From positions 58,218,001-58,282,000 of the forward strand of contig OX597829.1 in assembly GCA_951406725.2 (NCBI GenBank): DNA of 64,000 bases, in the 5' to 3' direction. The position numbers and the translations under genes are program-made. Positions 1 to 14,016 of the stretch are shown piece by piece. Each line of letters opens with the position of its first letter. Positions within the stretch are counted from its first letter, which is position 1. The notes below the pieces were generated by a model, which had not been told where the DNA came from, did not search any database, and worked only from the letters and a program-made list of their open reading frames with translations. This stretch comes from Octopus vulgaris (Eukaryota).

Positions 1-107
1 TAAATATTTAATATACCTGGTAGTATATCATGGTCGCAAAATGAAATACTGTGTCCTTTGCTAACAATTAATTTGGTTATAATATTTTTCCATGCATTTT
101 CTTTTAG

Positions 108-213
108 GTGAAGATCAAACCATTCTACCTGACTTGTCTGCATTCCGGCAGGCCAGCCGTACAAAACGTCGATATTCATTCAAAACAAGAGATGATGACA
201 GGGTAACAAAGGG
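108..213 (+). CDS. MRCK: MRCK/Genghis khan-like kinase, internal exon just upstream of the CRIB motif
   Basis: Acceptor ttttcttttag at 107, donor GG|gtgagt at 214. Reads (G)EDQTILPDLSAFRQASRTKRRYSFKTRDDDRVTK(G). KRRYSF matches the conserved pre-CRIB segment of MRCK. Ends in phase 2. Confidence 0.85.
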
Positions 214-384
214 GTGAGTTTGTTATCCTTAATAAAGCATAATTTTTAGTAATATCACTGGTCTGTTTTGAAATTTATTCATGATTTCTAATGTTGTTGT
301 TTCAACTCCAGGTCAGTCTACATTAGGTTTTCTGCCAAAGAATGCCCGTAAATTCTACTTCTTATCTATTTTTTTCAGATAATT

Positions 385-770
385 CAATCCTTTACCATTG
401 AGACTGCTCTGTCAAATGTTTTGCTTATCTATTTACAATATTTTCAGTTAATCCTGTATTATTATTACTTAATCCTGTGTTATTATTAGTTAATCCTGTT
501 ATTGTTAGTTAATCCTGTGTTATTGTTAGTTAATCCTGTGTTATTGTTAGTTAATCCTGTGTTATTGTTAGTTAATCCTGTTATTGTTAGTTAATCCTGT
601 GTTATTGTTAGTTAATCCTGTGTTATTGTTAGTTAATCCTGTATTATTGTTAGTTAATCCTGTATTATTATCATAGCTTCAGGATTTCAATGATATGATT
701 GTTTAGTTTGAGAATGACATAGTAGGATAGGTGTGAAAGGCAGGATCTGGGCAATTAAGTGCTAAAAAAA
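385..770. repeat. MITE-like repeat containing a 21-bp minisatellite
   Basis: About 11 tandem units of GTTAATCCTGTGTTATTGTTA at ~445-672. Flanks resemble an interrupted copy at ~1840-1920 plus 3075-3120. Confidence 0.6.
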
Positions 771-785
771 TATATCATCATCATA

Positions 786-1073
786 GGCACAAGAGTGGCT
801 GTGTGGTAAGTAGCTTCCTAACCAAGCACATGGTTCCGGGTTCAGTCCCACTGTGTGGCACCTTGGGCAAGTGTCTTCTACTATAGCCTCAGACCAACAA
901 AAGCCTTGTGAGTGGATTTGGTGGACGGAAACTGTCCGACAAACAGGAACGTGAAACTCAGAGTAACAGGTTTTGTTGAATTTCTGCTGCTTTTAAATAA
1001 AGCATATTACTCTACCCCTGGTATTTGAGTACCTTTTTTTCCACCTTGTTTCACATTTATGTATTTACTCCGG

Positions 1074-1123
<50 letters not shown>

Positions 1124-1500
1124 TGCAGGAGTGGCTGTGTGGTAAGTAGGTTGCTTACCAACCATATGGTTTCGGGTTCAGTCCCACTGTGTGGCACCTT
1201 GTGCAAGTGACTTCTGCTATAGCTTCAGGCTGACCAAAGCCTTTTGAGTGCATTTGGTAGGTGGAAACTGAAAGAAGCCCATAGTATATAAGTATGTGTC
1301 TGTTTGTGTGTCTGTTTGTCCCCCCCCACATCACTTAACAACCAATGTTGGTGTGTTTACGACCCCCGTAACCTAACGGTTCAGCAAAGAAGACTGATAG
1401 AATAAGTACTTGGCTTGCAAAGAATAAGTCCTGGGGTTGATTTGCTCGACTAAAAGGCAGTGCTCCAGCATGGCCACAGTCAAATGACTGAAACAAGTAA
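786..1500 (+). mobile_element. tRNA-derived SINE family 1 (5' half at 786-935, full copy at 1122-1500)
   Basis: Head ggcgcaggagtggctgtgtggtaag...ggttcagtcc (A/B-box-like), internal microsatellite, 3' tail gtgctccagcatggccacagtcaaatgactgaaacaagt. More than 20 copies or half-copies in the window. Confidence 0.85.
934..1078 (+). mobile_element. 5'-truncated Penelope-like terminal fragment with the 3' half of a hammerhead-like motif
   Basis: GAAACTCAGAGTA (GAAA, quasi-palindromic stem III, GUA) at ~954-966. Ends in (TA)n and interrupts a SINE. Confidence 0.4.
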
Positions 1501-1509
1501 TGTCTATTG

Positions 1510-3080
1510 TCCATGCTGGCATGAGCTAGATGGTTTGACCAAAGCTGGTAAGTGGGAAGGCAGCACCAGACTCCATGGTTTTCTATGGTGGGATGACGTT
1601 ACTAGCGCCAACCACTCCAAGAGTGTAATGGCACAGGGGCCATTTGCGTGACACCAGTATCTGATTTTGCTAGGCTTGATGGGTCCTCTTCGCAAACACG
1701 ATATAATGTCAAAGGTCTCAGTTATTGCCTCTGTGAGGCCCAGCACTCGAAATGAACTCAGCTATTTTGCCTCTGTGAGGCCCAATGTTCGAAAGGAAAT
1801 GCCCAGCACTCGAAATGAAGCACATGTATGTATATATAAGCTTTTAGCATTCAGATTAATCTATAAAATATTTTTGAATCAATAATGCATTATCTCATAG
1901 CATTGAAATTTTGATGATCCTCATCATTATTATCGTATAACATCTGCTTTCCGTGCTGGCATGGGTTGGACGGTTTGACTGAGGACTGGCGAACCAGATG
2001 GCTGCACCAGGCTCCAATCTGATCTGGCAGAGTTTCTACAGCTGGATGCCCTTCCTAAAGACAACCACTCCGAGAGTGTAGTGGGTGCTTTTATGTGCCA
2101 CCGGCATGAGTGCCAGTCAGGCAGTACTGGCAACAGCCACGCTCAAGTGGTCTTTTTTATGTGCCACCTGAATAGGGGCCAGTCCAGCGTATATATGTAT
2201 TATCGTCATCATCATCATCATTTAACATCCGTTTTCCATGCTGGCATGGGTTTGACAAGGACTGGCAAACCAGATGGCTGCACCAGGCTCTAATCTCATC
2301 TGGCAGAGTTTCTACCGCTGGATGTGCTTCCTAATGCCAACCACTGAAGTGGTGTCTTTTACGTGCCACCTGCACACGAGCCAGTCCAGCGGCACTGGCA
2401 ATGATCTCGCTCGAATGTTTTTCACTTGCCAGTAAGGCGACGCTGGTACAAATCGCATTTGAATGGTGCTTTTTACATGCCACCAGTTCAGAAGCCAGTC
2501 AGCTGCTCTGGCGGCAATCACACTCAGATTGTGCTCTTAGTGCTCCACTGGCACGGGTGCTAGTCATCGAATTTGCAAATTTGATTTCGATTTCACTTGC
2601 CTCAACAGGTCTTCGCAAGCAGAGTTTAGTGTCCAATGAAGTAAAAGGTTACGCATAAGTAAAAGGTTACACGTAAGGTTTATGGTCTCACTTGGCTTGC
2701 CAGGTCTTCTCAAGCACAGCATATTTCCAAAAGTCTCAGTCGCTAGTCATTTCCTTGGTGAGGCCTAATGTTCGAATATCATGCTTCACCACCTCATCCC
2801 AGTTCTTCCTGGGTCTACCTATTCCACAGGATCCCTCAACCACTAGAGTGTGGCACTTCTTTACACACCTATCCTTATCCATTCTCACCACATGACCATA
2901 CCAGCACAGTCGTCTCTCTTGCACACCACATCTGATGCTTCTTTGGTTCAACTTTTCTCATAGGGCTCATACACTTTGTCGTAGGCCACAGGTTATGGTC
3001 TCACTTGGCTTGCCGGGTCTTCTCAAGCACAGCGTATTTGTAAAGGTCCCAGTCACTAGTAATTTCTTCCGTGAGACATG
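1510..3080 (-). mobile_element. Cluster of RTE LINE 3' fragments / RTE-tail elements
   Basis: Minus-strand peptide [36 protein letters not shown] (2736-2951). (GAT)n tails and ~60-nt 3'UTR repeats match the longer RTE copies. Confidence 0.85.
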
Positions 3081-3118
3081 ATTATATACTTTTAGATGCA
3101 CATTGTAGGGTATGTGTG

Positions 3119-3960
3119 TGGAGGCACAATGGCCCAGTGGTTAGGGCACGGACTCATGGTCGTAGGATAGGGGTTTCAATTCCCATAATGGGCATTGTGA
3201 GTGTTTATTGAGCAGAAACATCTGAAGTGCCATGAGGCTCCGGCAGGGGGTGGTGGTGACCCTTGTACTCTTTCATCCCCAACTTTCTCTCACTCTTTTT
3301 CCCTGTTTCTGTTGTACCTGTATTTCAAAGGAGCCAGCCTTGTCACACCGAATCTCCCCAAGAACTACATTAAGGGCACACATCATCATTTATCATTTCA
3401 TCATTTAGCGTCCGCTTTCCATGCTAGCACGGGTTGGACGATTTGACTGAGGACTGGCGAACCACATGCCTGCACCAGGGTCCAATCTGATCTGGCAGAG
3501 TTTCTACAGTTGGATGCCCTTCCTAATGCCAACCACCCCTAGAGTGTAGTGGGTGCTTTCAAAGTGCCACCGGCACAAAGGCCAGTCAGGCGATACTGGC
3601 AATGGTCACGCTCATATGGTGTTTTTTATGTGCCACCTGCACAGGAGTCAGTATAGCGGCACTGGCAATGACTTTGCTCAAATGTTTTGTTCATGTGCCA
3701 CCGGCACAAGTGTCAGTAAGGCGACGTGTCTGGGAAATACTCGCCCACTTGCATGTTTATAAATGAGCTGTGATGTCACGGGTGTCAAGCTGTATGGGCC
3801 CCTTTTGCCTTTCCCTTGGATAACATCGGTGGCATGAAGAGGGGAGGCTGGTATGCATGGGTGACTACTGGTCTTCGATAAACAACCTTGCCAGGACTTG
3901 TGCCTGTGGGGGTTACTTTCTTGGTGCAATCCCATGGTCAGTCATGACCGAAGGGAGTCA
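3119..3960 (+). mobile_element. tRNA-derived SINE family 2, split by an RTE-tail insertion (3381-3727, minus)
   Basis: A box tggcccagtgg and B-box-like gtttcaattcc at 3130-3184. The SINE sequence resumes after the (CAT)n-bounded RTE tail. Confidence 0.65.
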
Positions 3961-3984
3961 CAAAGTAGGGTATGTGTGAGAGAT

Positions 3985-4443
3985 TTCTTTATTATGATCA
4001 TAAGATCTAGTATAGGACAGTACAAGACAATACAAAACATAATTCATATGATTAAAATTTTGTTTCCTTACACTTTTTTCTTGTTGGTCTGCTGTCCAAC
4101 GGCTACATCCTTTTTTATTTTCCCTCATGGTAGATTGAGAAGGGACACTCCCAACTTCCTTGCCACATCCTTCCATCTTTTCTCATATATACTTCTAGAC
4201 AGGTGTCTCCTTTCCAGCCCTATCTTGCTTTTCAGGTAATACTTGAAGTAGTAAAGCATTCCAGGGCCGGAGATGAAGATCCCTGACTTCTTACCTTGTA
4301 TTCTGGTTCTCCATACATACTCTTTCATAACAGCGACTGTACACAGAAAGCAAGCCTCACCCCTTGGACAGTCCGCTGGGTGATACATTCTTAATCACAG
4401 ACTCAGCCGATAGCTTTACTCTTCCCAGATGTGACAACACATG
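3985..4443 (-). mobile_element. L1/Tx1-like LINE ORF2 C-terminal fragment
   Basis: Peptide FLCTVAVMKEYVWRTRIQG...FKYYLKSKIGLER..LS....EKRW resembles the L1/Tx1 ORF2 C-terminus (WxxR motif). Confidence 0.5.
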
Positions 4444-4446
4444 TTA

Positions 4447-4654
4447 CTCTTTTACTTGTTTCAGTCATTTGACTGTGGCCATGCTGGAGCACTGCCTTTA
4501 GTCAACCAAATCAACCCCAGGACTTATTCTTTGTAAGCCCAGTACTTATTCTATCGGTCTCTTTTGCCGAAACGCTAAGTTATGGGGATGTAAACACACC
4601 AGCATCGGTTGTCAAGCAATGCTAGGGCGACAAACACAGACACACAAAAAAAAT

Positions 4655-4705
<51 letters not shown>

Positions 4706-5007
4706 TACGACGGGCTTCTTTCAGTTTCCGTCTACCAAATCCACTCACAAGGCTTGGTTGGCCTGAGGCTATAGTAGAAGACACTTGCCCAAGGTGCCAC
4801 ACAGTGGGACTGAAACCCACTCAGCCACTCCTATGCCTGTGTATGTATGTATATACATATATATATATACGACAGGTTTCTTTCAGTTTCCGTCTACCAA
4901 ATCCACTAACAAGGCTTTGGTCGGCCCGAGGCTATAATAGATGACTCTTGCCTAAGGTACCACGCAGTGGTTATGAACCTGGAATCATGTGGTTGGTAAG
5001 CAAGCTA
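4447..5007 (-). mobile_element. SINE family 1 (full copy plus a half copy completed at 6092-6128)
   Basis: Reverse complement of the 1122-1500 copy. The second head is interrupted by the 5008-6091 insertion. Confidence 0.85.
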
Positions 5008-6091
5008 CTTTATTTCAAAATTTTTCCGTAAAGGCACTACATGAGTAGCTTGCGAGCTGGACAAAGATGATATTGATGAGAGAAGACAAAAAACGTCTGC
5101 CGATTTTTTTGCTTCTCTAAAACATTCGGTTTTTTTTTGTTTTTTTACTCAGTAAAAATCATACAAGGTATTAAACCTCTTACTTTAGTTCCATAGTTCA
5201 TTATAAATTGAGACTGAGCTTCTTACAAACAATAAAATCAGACCTCAAAGCAAAGCAACAGACCGAGGCATTAAACCTCTCACTTTAATGTTGATACACA
5301 ATACGAGGCTCTAAGACTCTTAATTTTTCCGTGCCGCCATCACCCGACCAGGCTCAATGCCACACTGAAGCACCTCGATGGTGCTAGGTCAGGGCTTTTC
5401 AGCAAAAAGAGAAATGTGTCCTCGGGGAAGGACTTTATTACCTCAAACAAGTTTTTTTCGCACACGACCTCTGCAGGTACCTGCGGAGACCAATCAGGGT
5501 TCTTGATACAGGTGCTAATTCCTTCCCGTCGACCTTTTATATTAAACTTTTTAATCATTTTTTTAGCACAGGACTACAAATTCCTCCTCCACATAGGGAG
5601 AGCCCTTAAATTCCCCTTCCAGTGGCACAATTCCCACCGAAGGAGCTTCAGGACACATCAGTAGTGTACTAGCAACCGCCGGTAGTGCCCCATTTTTCTT
5701 TTTTCTTCCTTTCTCCTTTATGACGGGAGGGTGGAGTTCTTTTGTTTTGTCTGAAAGATCTTCCTTCCATCGCGCCGCCTCAGTATCCACTGGTGGGCAA
5801 CCATTGTTACCCACCTTTCTCTTTTTACCTTTTTTTGAGGAGGTCTTCACCTCCTCGACTGCCTCCATCTCTCCCTCCGATGGGGGAGCAGGGGGCACTG
5901 CTTCTATTAACTGCTGCAGGACCTTACCTTGGTCCTGAGGGCAGTTTTTCTTAATGTGGCCCAGTTCCAGACACAGGTGACACTTGGGAGGGGGGATGGC
6001 CCTCAAAAATCACCATATACCTAGATGCGGCCATCCTCAAAACATCTGGAAAAACCAGATCATTGGCTGACTGGGTTCACAGGGTCAAAAC
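5008..6091 (-). mobile_element. Non-LTR element relic encoding a gag/ORF1-like CCHC zinc-knuckle protein
   Basis: CHLCLELGHIKKNC (CX2CX4HX4C) followed by basic KKGKKRK tracts (5563-6006), continuing in another frame (5340-5558). Flanked by the 11-bp TSD taagcaagcta. Confidence 0.7.
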
Positions 6092-6262
6092 TAAGCAAGC
6101 TATCTACCACATAGCCACTCCTGCGCCTGTGCATTGGTTTGTATTACAAGAAACAGCTGGGTTTCTTTCTCTAACATTTTACTTATTTCAACCTACACAA
6201 GTTAAATGTGTGATAAACAAACTAGGAATTTTGAAAGAAATATCTGTAAAACTGGTTTTTAA

Positions 6263-7511
6263 CCCCTTAATGGATCAATTATTTTGACATGGCGTTTCAT
6301 TTCAGAGCACATTTTAAAAAGTTCCTTTTTTAACGATATACCCTGTGTTAATTACAAAAAAAAGTTTTTTATCTTGTTCCCTTTATTTTTTATTATAGAA
6401 ATTAAAATGTACTTTTACTCATTTGGATTTAAATGAGTTAACTCGGACATTGAAAAAGTACATACAACTTAACGATCTTTGATTTCTTTCTAAGATGTTT
6501 TGCTTTTAAATGAAAGGAAAATTTTGAAAAAATGAGATATACAGTTTATTTAGAATGATAATTTTGAAAACAAGGAGTTACACACAAAGTTATCTTGCAG
6601 ACATCACACGTATGTATCTGCTTTCTCTTTGAATCTTCTTTCCTTTAGCATCTCTCTTCTCTGCGCATTTTGCACACTGTCTTCAAGGGTTCTTTTTCTT
6701 ATCACTTGGTGTTATTTCCATGGGAATGTGACCAGCTGGGGCAAATCTGATTGATGATGGTTTTCCTGGTTTCGTGGGAGGCAATAAGGGCCTATATTTT
6801 TCAATAATCTTGGTGATTATTTGCATTCTAAATTTCAGCAGTTTCATAACAGAAGCTGAAGTTTCCAAAGATGCTTTATACAAAACATAATTATTCCAGA
6901 TAGCCAAATCCATCAAATGATAAAATACTTTTTTTTTTAAACAACGCGAGTAAATTCGTGATTGCTCAAAAATGAAATGAAACAAAACAAATAACTGGTT
7001 TGAGGCCCTTATTGCCTCCCACGAAACCAGGAGGACCGTCATCAATCAGATTTGCCCCAGCTGGTCACTTTCCCATGGAAATACCACCAAGTGATAAGAA
7101 AAAGAACCCTTCAAGACAGTGTGCAAAATGCGCAGAGAAGAGAGATGCTAAAGGAAAGAAGATTCAAAGAGAAAGCAGATATATGTGTGATGTCTGCAAG
7201 ATAACTTTGTGTGTAACTCCTTGTTTTCAAAATTATCATTCTAAATACACTGTATATCTCATTTTTTAAAAATTTTCCTTTCATTTAAAAGCAAAACATC
7301 TTAGAAAGAAATCAAAGATCGTTAAGTTATATGTACTTTTTCAATGTCCGAGTAAACTCGCTTAAATCCAAATGAGTAAAAGTACATTTTAATTTCTATA
7401 ATAAAAAAAAAACTTATTTTTTGTAATTAACGCAGTGTTTATAATTAAAAAAGGAAATAAATAAATATACTCTGAAATGAAACACCATGTCAAAATAATT
7501 AATCCATTAAG
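6263..7511. mobile_element. Fold-back of two piggyBac 3' halves (6263-7002 minus; 7003-7511 plus)
   Basis: TTAA (6259-6262) plus CCCCTTAATGG TIR. Peptides KKVFYHLMDLAIWNNYVLY and the Cys-rich CAKC...YMCDVCKITLCVTPCFQNYH domain are typical of piggyBac transposases. Confidence 0.9.
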
Positions 7512-7979
7512 ATATTAAATGCAATATTAGATGTCAAATCATGTATATTTTTGCATGAAACTTTGCCTCAATATTCACTTCAGATGCTTACTAAATCACC
7601 TCGATTTTGCATGAAAGATAAATACATTTTAAATTTTAATTTAATAATGTCTGTTATTTAACTATTGATGAATCTTGACCTTATAAAAACCAATTAATTT
7701 GCATGCTGTTTTATTTTTCTATCCCTGTCTTTTTACATAGCAAATTAACCATTCTAATCTTAATATCATTTCCTGTTTTCAATTGATCTAAGTTCTTCAT
7801 TATTCTCGAGATTAATTAAAAGAAAGGCAGTGTATTTCCGCAGGAATATGCTAATAAATGAGTTAAAATAATCTAAAATAAAACCTTCCATAAAATTTTC
7901 ACCTTAATTAATTAATGACAAAGTAATTTTATTAAATTCATTATTTTCGAAATGAATTGAACCAAAGGCAGTATGTTTC

Positions 7980-8590
7980 TTATTTCTTTATTACCCTCAG
8001 AGGGCTAAACACAGAGGGATTAAGTCGATTACATCGAACCCAGTGCGTACTGGTACTTAATTTATCGACCCCAAAAGGATGAAAGGCAAAGTCAACCTTT
8101 CTGGAATTTGAACTCGGAATGTAATGTTAGACAAAACACTGCTAACATTTCTTATTTCTTTACTGCCCACAGGGGGCTAAACATAGAGGGGACAAACAAG
8201 GATAGACAGAGGGATTAAGTCAATTACATTGACTCCCAGTACATAACTGGGACTTAATTTATCAACCCCAAAAGGATGAAAGGCAAAGTCAACCTCAGCG
8301 GAATTTGAACTCAGAATGTAACAGCAGACGAAATACCGCTAAGCATTTCACCTGGTGTGCTAACATTATGTATCTCTTTATTGCCCGCAAAGGGCTAAAT
8401 ATAGAGGGGACAAACAAGAACAGATAAAGGAATTAAGTCAATTATATCGACCCCAGTGTGTAACTGGTACTTAATTTACCGAACCCGAGGGATGAAAGGC
8501 AAAGTTGACCTTGGCAGAACGTAACGCCAGACGAAATACTGCTAAGCATTTCGCCCAGCATGCTAACATTTCTGCCAGCTCGCCACCTTT
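7980..8590 (-). mobile_element. Three tandem copies of SINE family 3
   Basis: Repeated core aaaggatgaaaggcaaagtcaacct...gaatttgaactc. The head aaggtggcgagctggcag is on the minus strand at 8590. Confidence 0.8.
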
Positions 8591-8740
8591 TCTCAGAAAT
8601 ATAGAAAAAAAAGGGGGTTAAAACTCCATATTTTTGATGCAGTTAAAATTAAATAAACACCTCTAAAATAAAGTGAGACTTCATTAATATTTAATCCAAA
8701 TGATGTTTTCCTGTTCTCAACAGCGTTTAGTTCCTGCTTT

Positions 8741-9083
8741 GCTCTTTTACTTGTTTCAGTCATTTGACTGCAGCCATGCTGGAGCACCGCCTTTAGTCGA
8801 GCAAATCGACTCCAGGAATTATTCTTTATAAGCCTAGCACTTATTACTAGTGGTCTCTTTTGCCGAACCTCTAAGTTACGGGGACGTAAACACCAGCATT
8901 GATTGTCAAGTGATGTTGGGGGGACAAACACATATATACAACAGGCTTCTTTCAGTTTCCGCCTATTAAATCCACTCACAAGGCTATAGTAAAAGTCACT
9001 TGCCCAAGTTGCCAGGCAGTGGACTGAACCCGGAACCATGTGGTTGGTAAGCAAGCTACTTACCATGCTGCCACTCCTGCGCC
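8741..9083 (-). mobile_element. SINE family 1
   Basis: Full head-to-tail match to family 1 with internal deletions. Confidence 0.85.
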
Positions 9084-9089
9084 TATATA

Positions 9090-9573
9090 TATAACAATAA
9101 TTAAGGGTTTAGCAACAAGTTGCTTCGCTGTATACCGAAAATTTAGAAATAGCAGCCAAAAGACCGTTATTTCCTTTTCACTACAAAATATGATTCTGCT
9201 GATAACATTTGCTGTAACTCACATAGGTTAAAAGAAGGAAACAGAATGAAATCAAACTTGGAGGGAAAATATGAATTTCACTGGTCTATATAAGTTTGGA
9301 TATGCTGACTACCTTGTGCCATGTTCTGATGGCGCTTGATCAGAAATGCAAAGGCTAAGTTCTAGCATTTTCAAATTTATAATCCCTGAAATATTATGTT
9401 GACAAAGGAAATGAAGTTTTATAATTCTAATCCAGAAACGCATCCATAATTAATCAAAGACTGCTTGATTTCATTCTGTTTCCTTCTTTTAACCTATGTG
9501 AGTTACAGCAAATGTTATCTGTGGAGTCATATTTTGTAGTGAAAAGGAAATAACGGTCTTTTGGCTGCTATTT
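9090..9573. mobile_element. Inverted-repeat element (MITE- or Penelope-like)
   Basis: ~108-bp arms at 9147-9255 and 9465-9573, few mismatches, ~210-bp spacer. Confidence 0.75.
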
Positions 9574-9697
9574 ATAATTATATATAAAAAAACCTTTTTG
9601 TATAAGTTTTTACCGAATGTGGTTCTTTTCCATACTGAAACTACTTGGTAAAATTTATTATTAAATTAATAATTTTTTAACCCTATAATCTATAATG

Positions 9698-9730
<33 letters not shown>

Positions 9731-9732
<2 letters not shown>

Positions 9733-10581
9733 GACGGGCTTCTTTCAGTTTCCGTCTACCAAATCCACTCACAGGCTTTGGTTGGCTCGAGGCTATAGTA
9801 GGAGACACTTGGCCAAGGTGCCATGAAGTGGGACTGAACCTGGAACCATGTGGTTGGTAAGCAAGCTACTTACCACACGGCCACTCCTGCGCTTTGCTTA
9901 TAGCATATTGTTACTATTTTTAAGAAGGTGGCATTTCCAACATCCTTAAGTTCAGCATTCAAATTCTACTGAGGTTGACATTGCCTTTCATCCTTTCAGG
10001 ATTAATAAATTAATTGTTAGTGAATCACTGGGGTTGATGTTTAATACTGGCCCCTTTCTTCTAAATTATCAGGGCTTGTGCATATAGTAGATAAAATGAT
10101 TATCATTATTGAAATTACTGAATGCTATATATTGTTTTGCTCACTGCTATAAGTTTTTTAACCAATTCTGCATCAAGATGTATTGTCTACACTCAATAGT
10201 ATTCTGAAAGAATTTTTTCCTCCAAAACAAAAAAAAAACATTTTCTTTGCATACTTGTAAATCAAGCATTTGAGATTCATGGCCCAAAAGTGGAGCAGTT
10301 AGATGTTCAAAGAAATTGAAGAAGCTGAACAATGATCAATAATATTTTTATTAATAAAAATAGGGTTATAGACGGTTGCTCTTCTTCACTTGTTGCAGTC
10401 ATTTGGCTCCGGCCGTGCTGGAGCACCGCCTTCAGCTGAGCAAATCGACCCCAGGACTTATTCCTTGTAAGCCTTGTACTTACTTTATCGATCTCTTTTG
10501 CCGAACAGCTGGTTACAGGGACTTAAACACACCAGCATCAGTTGTCAAGTGATGTTGGGAGAAATACAGACACACAAACAT

Positions 10582-10648
<67 letters not shown>

Positions 10649-10845
10649 CACACACACACATAGGCACAGGAGTGGCTTTGTGGTAAGTAGCTTGCAAACC
10701 AACCACATGGTTCCAGGTTCAGTCCCACTGCATGGCACCTTGGGCACGTGCCACAAGTGTGGGCAAGTGTCTTCTGCTATAGCCTCAGGCCGACCAAAGC
10801 TTTTTGAGTTGGTTTGGTAGACGGAGACTTAAGGAAGTTCGTCAT
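9731..10845. mobile_element. SINE fragments (family 1 at 9731-9892, 10378-10575, 10663-10845; family 3 at ~9925-10100)
   Basis: Direct sequence similarity to other copies in the window. Confidence 0.75.
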
Positions 10846-10880
10846 ACATATATATATATGTGTGTATAGATATATGTATA

Positions 10881-10922
<42 letters not shown>

Positions 10923-11016
10923 TGTATATATATGTGTGTATATGTATATATATATGTGTGTGTGTATGTATATATATAGGTGTATATATATGTGTGTATA
11001 GATATATGTATATATA

Positions 11017-11071
<55 letters not shown>

Positions 11072-11297
11072 ATGTATGTATGTATATGTATGTATGTATA
11101 TGTATGTATGTATATGTATGTATGTATATGTATGTATGTATGTATATGTATGTATGTATATATATATATGTATGTATATGTATGTATATGTATGTATGTA
11201 TATATATATATATGTATGTATATATATATATGTATGTATATATATATATATGTATGTATATATATATATATATGTATGTATATATATATATGTATGT

Positions 11298-11379
<82 letters not shown>

Positions 11380-12409
11380 GTGTATATATATGTATGTATA
11401 TATGTGTATATATATGTATATATATATGTATGTATATATATATGTATGTATATATATATATGTATGTATATATATGTGTATATATATGTATGCGTATATA
11501 TATGTATGTATATATATATGTATGTATGTATATATATATGTATATATATATGTATGTAGATATATATGTATGTATGTATGTAGATATATATGTATGTATA
11601 TATATATGTGTATGTAGATATATATATGTGTATGTATATATATATATGTGTATGTATATATATATATATGTGTATGTATATGTATATTTATATATATATA
11701 TGTATGTATATGTATATTTATATATATATATGTATGTATGTATATATATATATATATGTATGTATATATATATATATGTATATATGTATATATATATGTA
11801 TGTATGTATATATATATATATGTATGTATGTGTATATATATGTATGTATGTGTATATATATATATGTATGTATATATATATATGTATGTATGTATATATA
11901 TATGTATGTATGTATATATATATATATGTATGTATGTGTATATATATATATGTATGTGTATATATATATATGTATGTATATATATATATATATATGTATG
12001 TATATATATGTATATTTATATGTATGTATATATATATATATATGTATGTATATATATGTATATTTATATATATGTATATATATATATGTATGTATATATA
12101 TATGTATATTTATATATATGTATATATATGTATATTTATATATATGTATATATATATATTTATATATATATATGTATATTTATATATATGTATATATATA
12201 TATATTTATATATATATGTATGTATATATGTATATATATATATACATACATATATATATACATATATATATATATACATACATATATATATACATACATA
12301 TATATACATATATATATATACATACATATATATATACATATATATATACATACATATATATATACATATATATATACATATATATATACATATATATATA
12401 TATACATAC

Positions 12410-12443
<34 letters not shown>

Positions 12444-12525
12444 ACATACATACATATATATACATACATACATATATATATATACATACATGTATATATA
12501 TATACATACATGTATATATATATAT

Positions 12526-12566
<41 letters not shown>

Positions 12567-12637
12567 CATATATATATATTGTATATGTATGTATATGTAT
12601 GTATGTATGTATATGTATGTATGTATGTATGTATATG

Positions 12638-12683
<46 letters not shown>

Positions 12684-13119
12684 TGTGTATGTATATATAT
12701 GTATGTATGTCATCATCATCATCATCGTTTAACGTCCGTTTTCCGCGCTAGCACGGGTTGGACAGTTTCGACCGGGGTCTGGGGAGCTAGGGACTGCCCC
12801 AGGCTCCAGTCTAGTCTGGCAGTGTTTCTACAGCTGGATGCCCTTCCTAACGCCAACCACTCCGTGAGTGTGGTGGGTGTTTTTTACGTGCCACCTGCAC
12901 AGGTGCCAGAGGGGTCTGGCATCGGCCACGTTCGGATGGTGCTTTTTTTTTTTTTTTTTTTTATATATATATGTATGTATATGTATGTATGTATGTATGT
13001 ATGTATATGTATGTATATATATATGTATGTATATGTATGTATATATATATGTATGTATATGTATGTATATATATATATATATGTATGTATATGTATGTAT
13101 ATATATATATATATGTATG

Positions 13120-13150
<31 letters not shown>

Positions 13151-13377
13151 ATGTATGTATCTATATATATATATGTATGTATATGTATGTATGTATATAT
13201 ATATATGTATGTATATGTATGTATGTATGTATATGTATGTATGTATATATATATATATGTATGTATATATATATATGTATGTATATGTATGTATGTATAT
13301 ATATATATATATATGTATGTATATGTATGTATGTATATATATATGTATGTATATGTATGTATGTATGTATATGTATG

Positions 13378-13416
<39 letters not shown>

Positions 13417-13967
13417 GTATATATATATATATGTATGTATGTATATATATATATATGTATGTATATATATATATATGTATGTATATATATATATGTATGT
13501 ATGTATATATATATATGTATGTATATGTATGTATGTATATATATATATGTATGTATGTATATATATATGTATGTATATATATATGTATGTATATATATAT
13601 ATGTATGTATATGTATGTATATATATATGTATGTATGTATATGTATGTATGTATATGTATGTATGTATATGTATGTATATATATATGTATGTATGTATAT
13701 GTATGTATGTATATGTATGTATGTATATGTATGTATGTATATATATATATGTATGTATATATATATATGTATGTATATGTATGTATATATATATATATAT
13801 GTATGTATGTATATATATATATGTATATGTATGTATATATATGTATATGTATGTATATATATATATATGTATATGTATGTATATATATATATATGTATAT
13901 GTATGTATATATATATATATGTATGTATATATATATATGTATATATATGTATGTATATATATATATG

Positions 13968-14016
<49 letters not shown>

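Noticed and set aside
445-672. Regular 21-bp array as CRISPR or a coding repeat
   Set aside because: Spacerless minisatellite expanded from a MITE internal motif.
9325-9400. Hammerhead in the spacer of the 9090-9573 element (CTGATGG...GAAATATT)
   Set aside because: Core mismatch and no convincing stems I or II.
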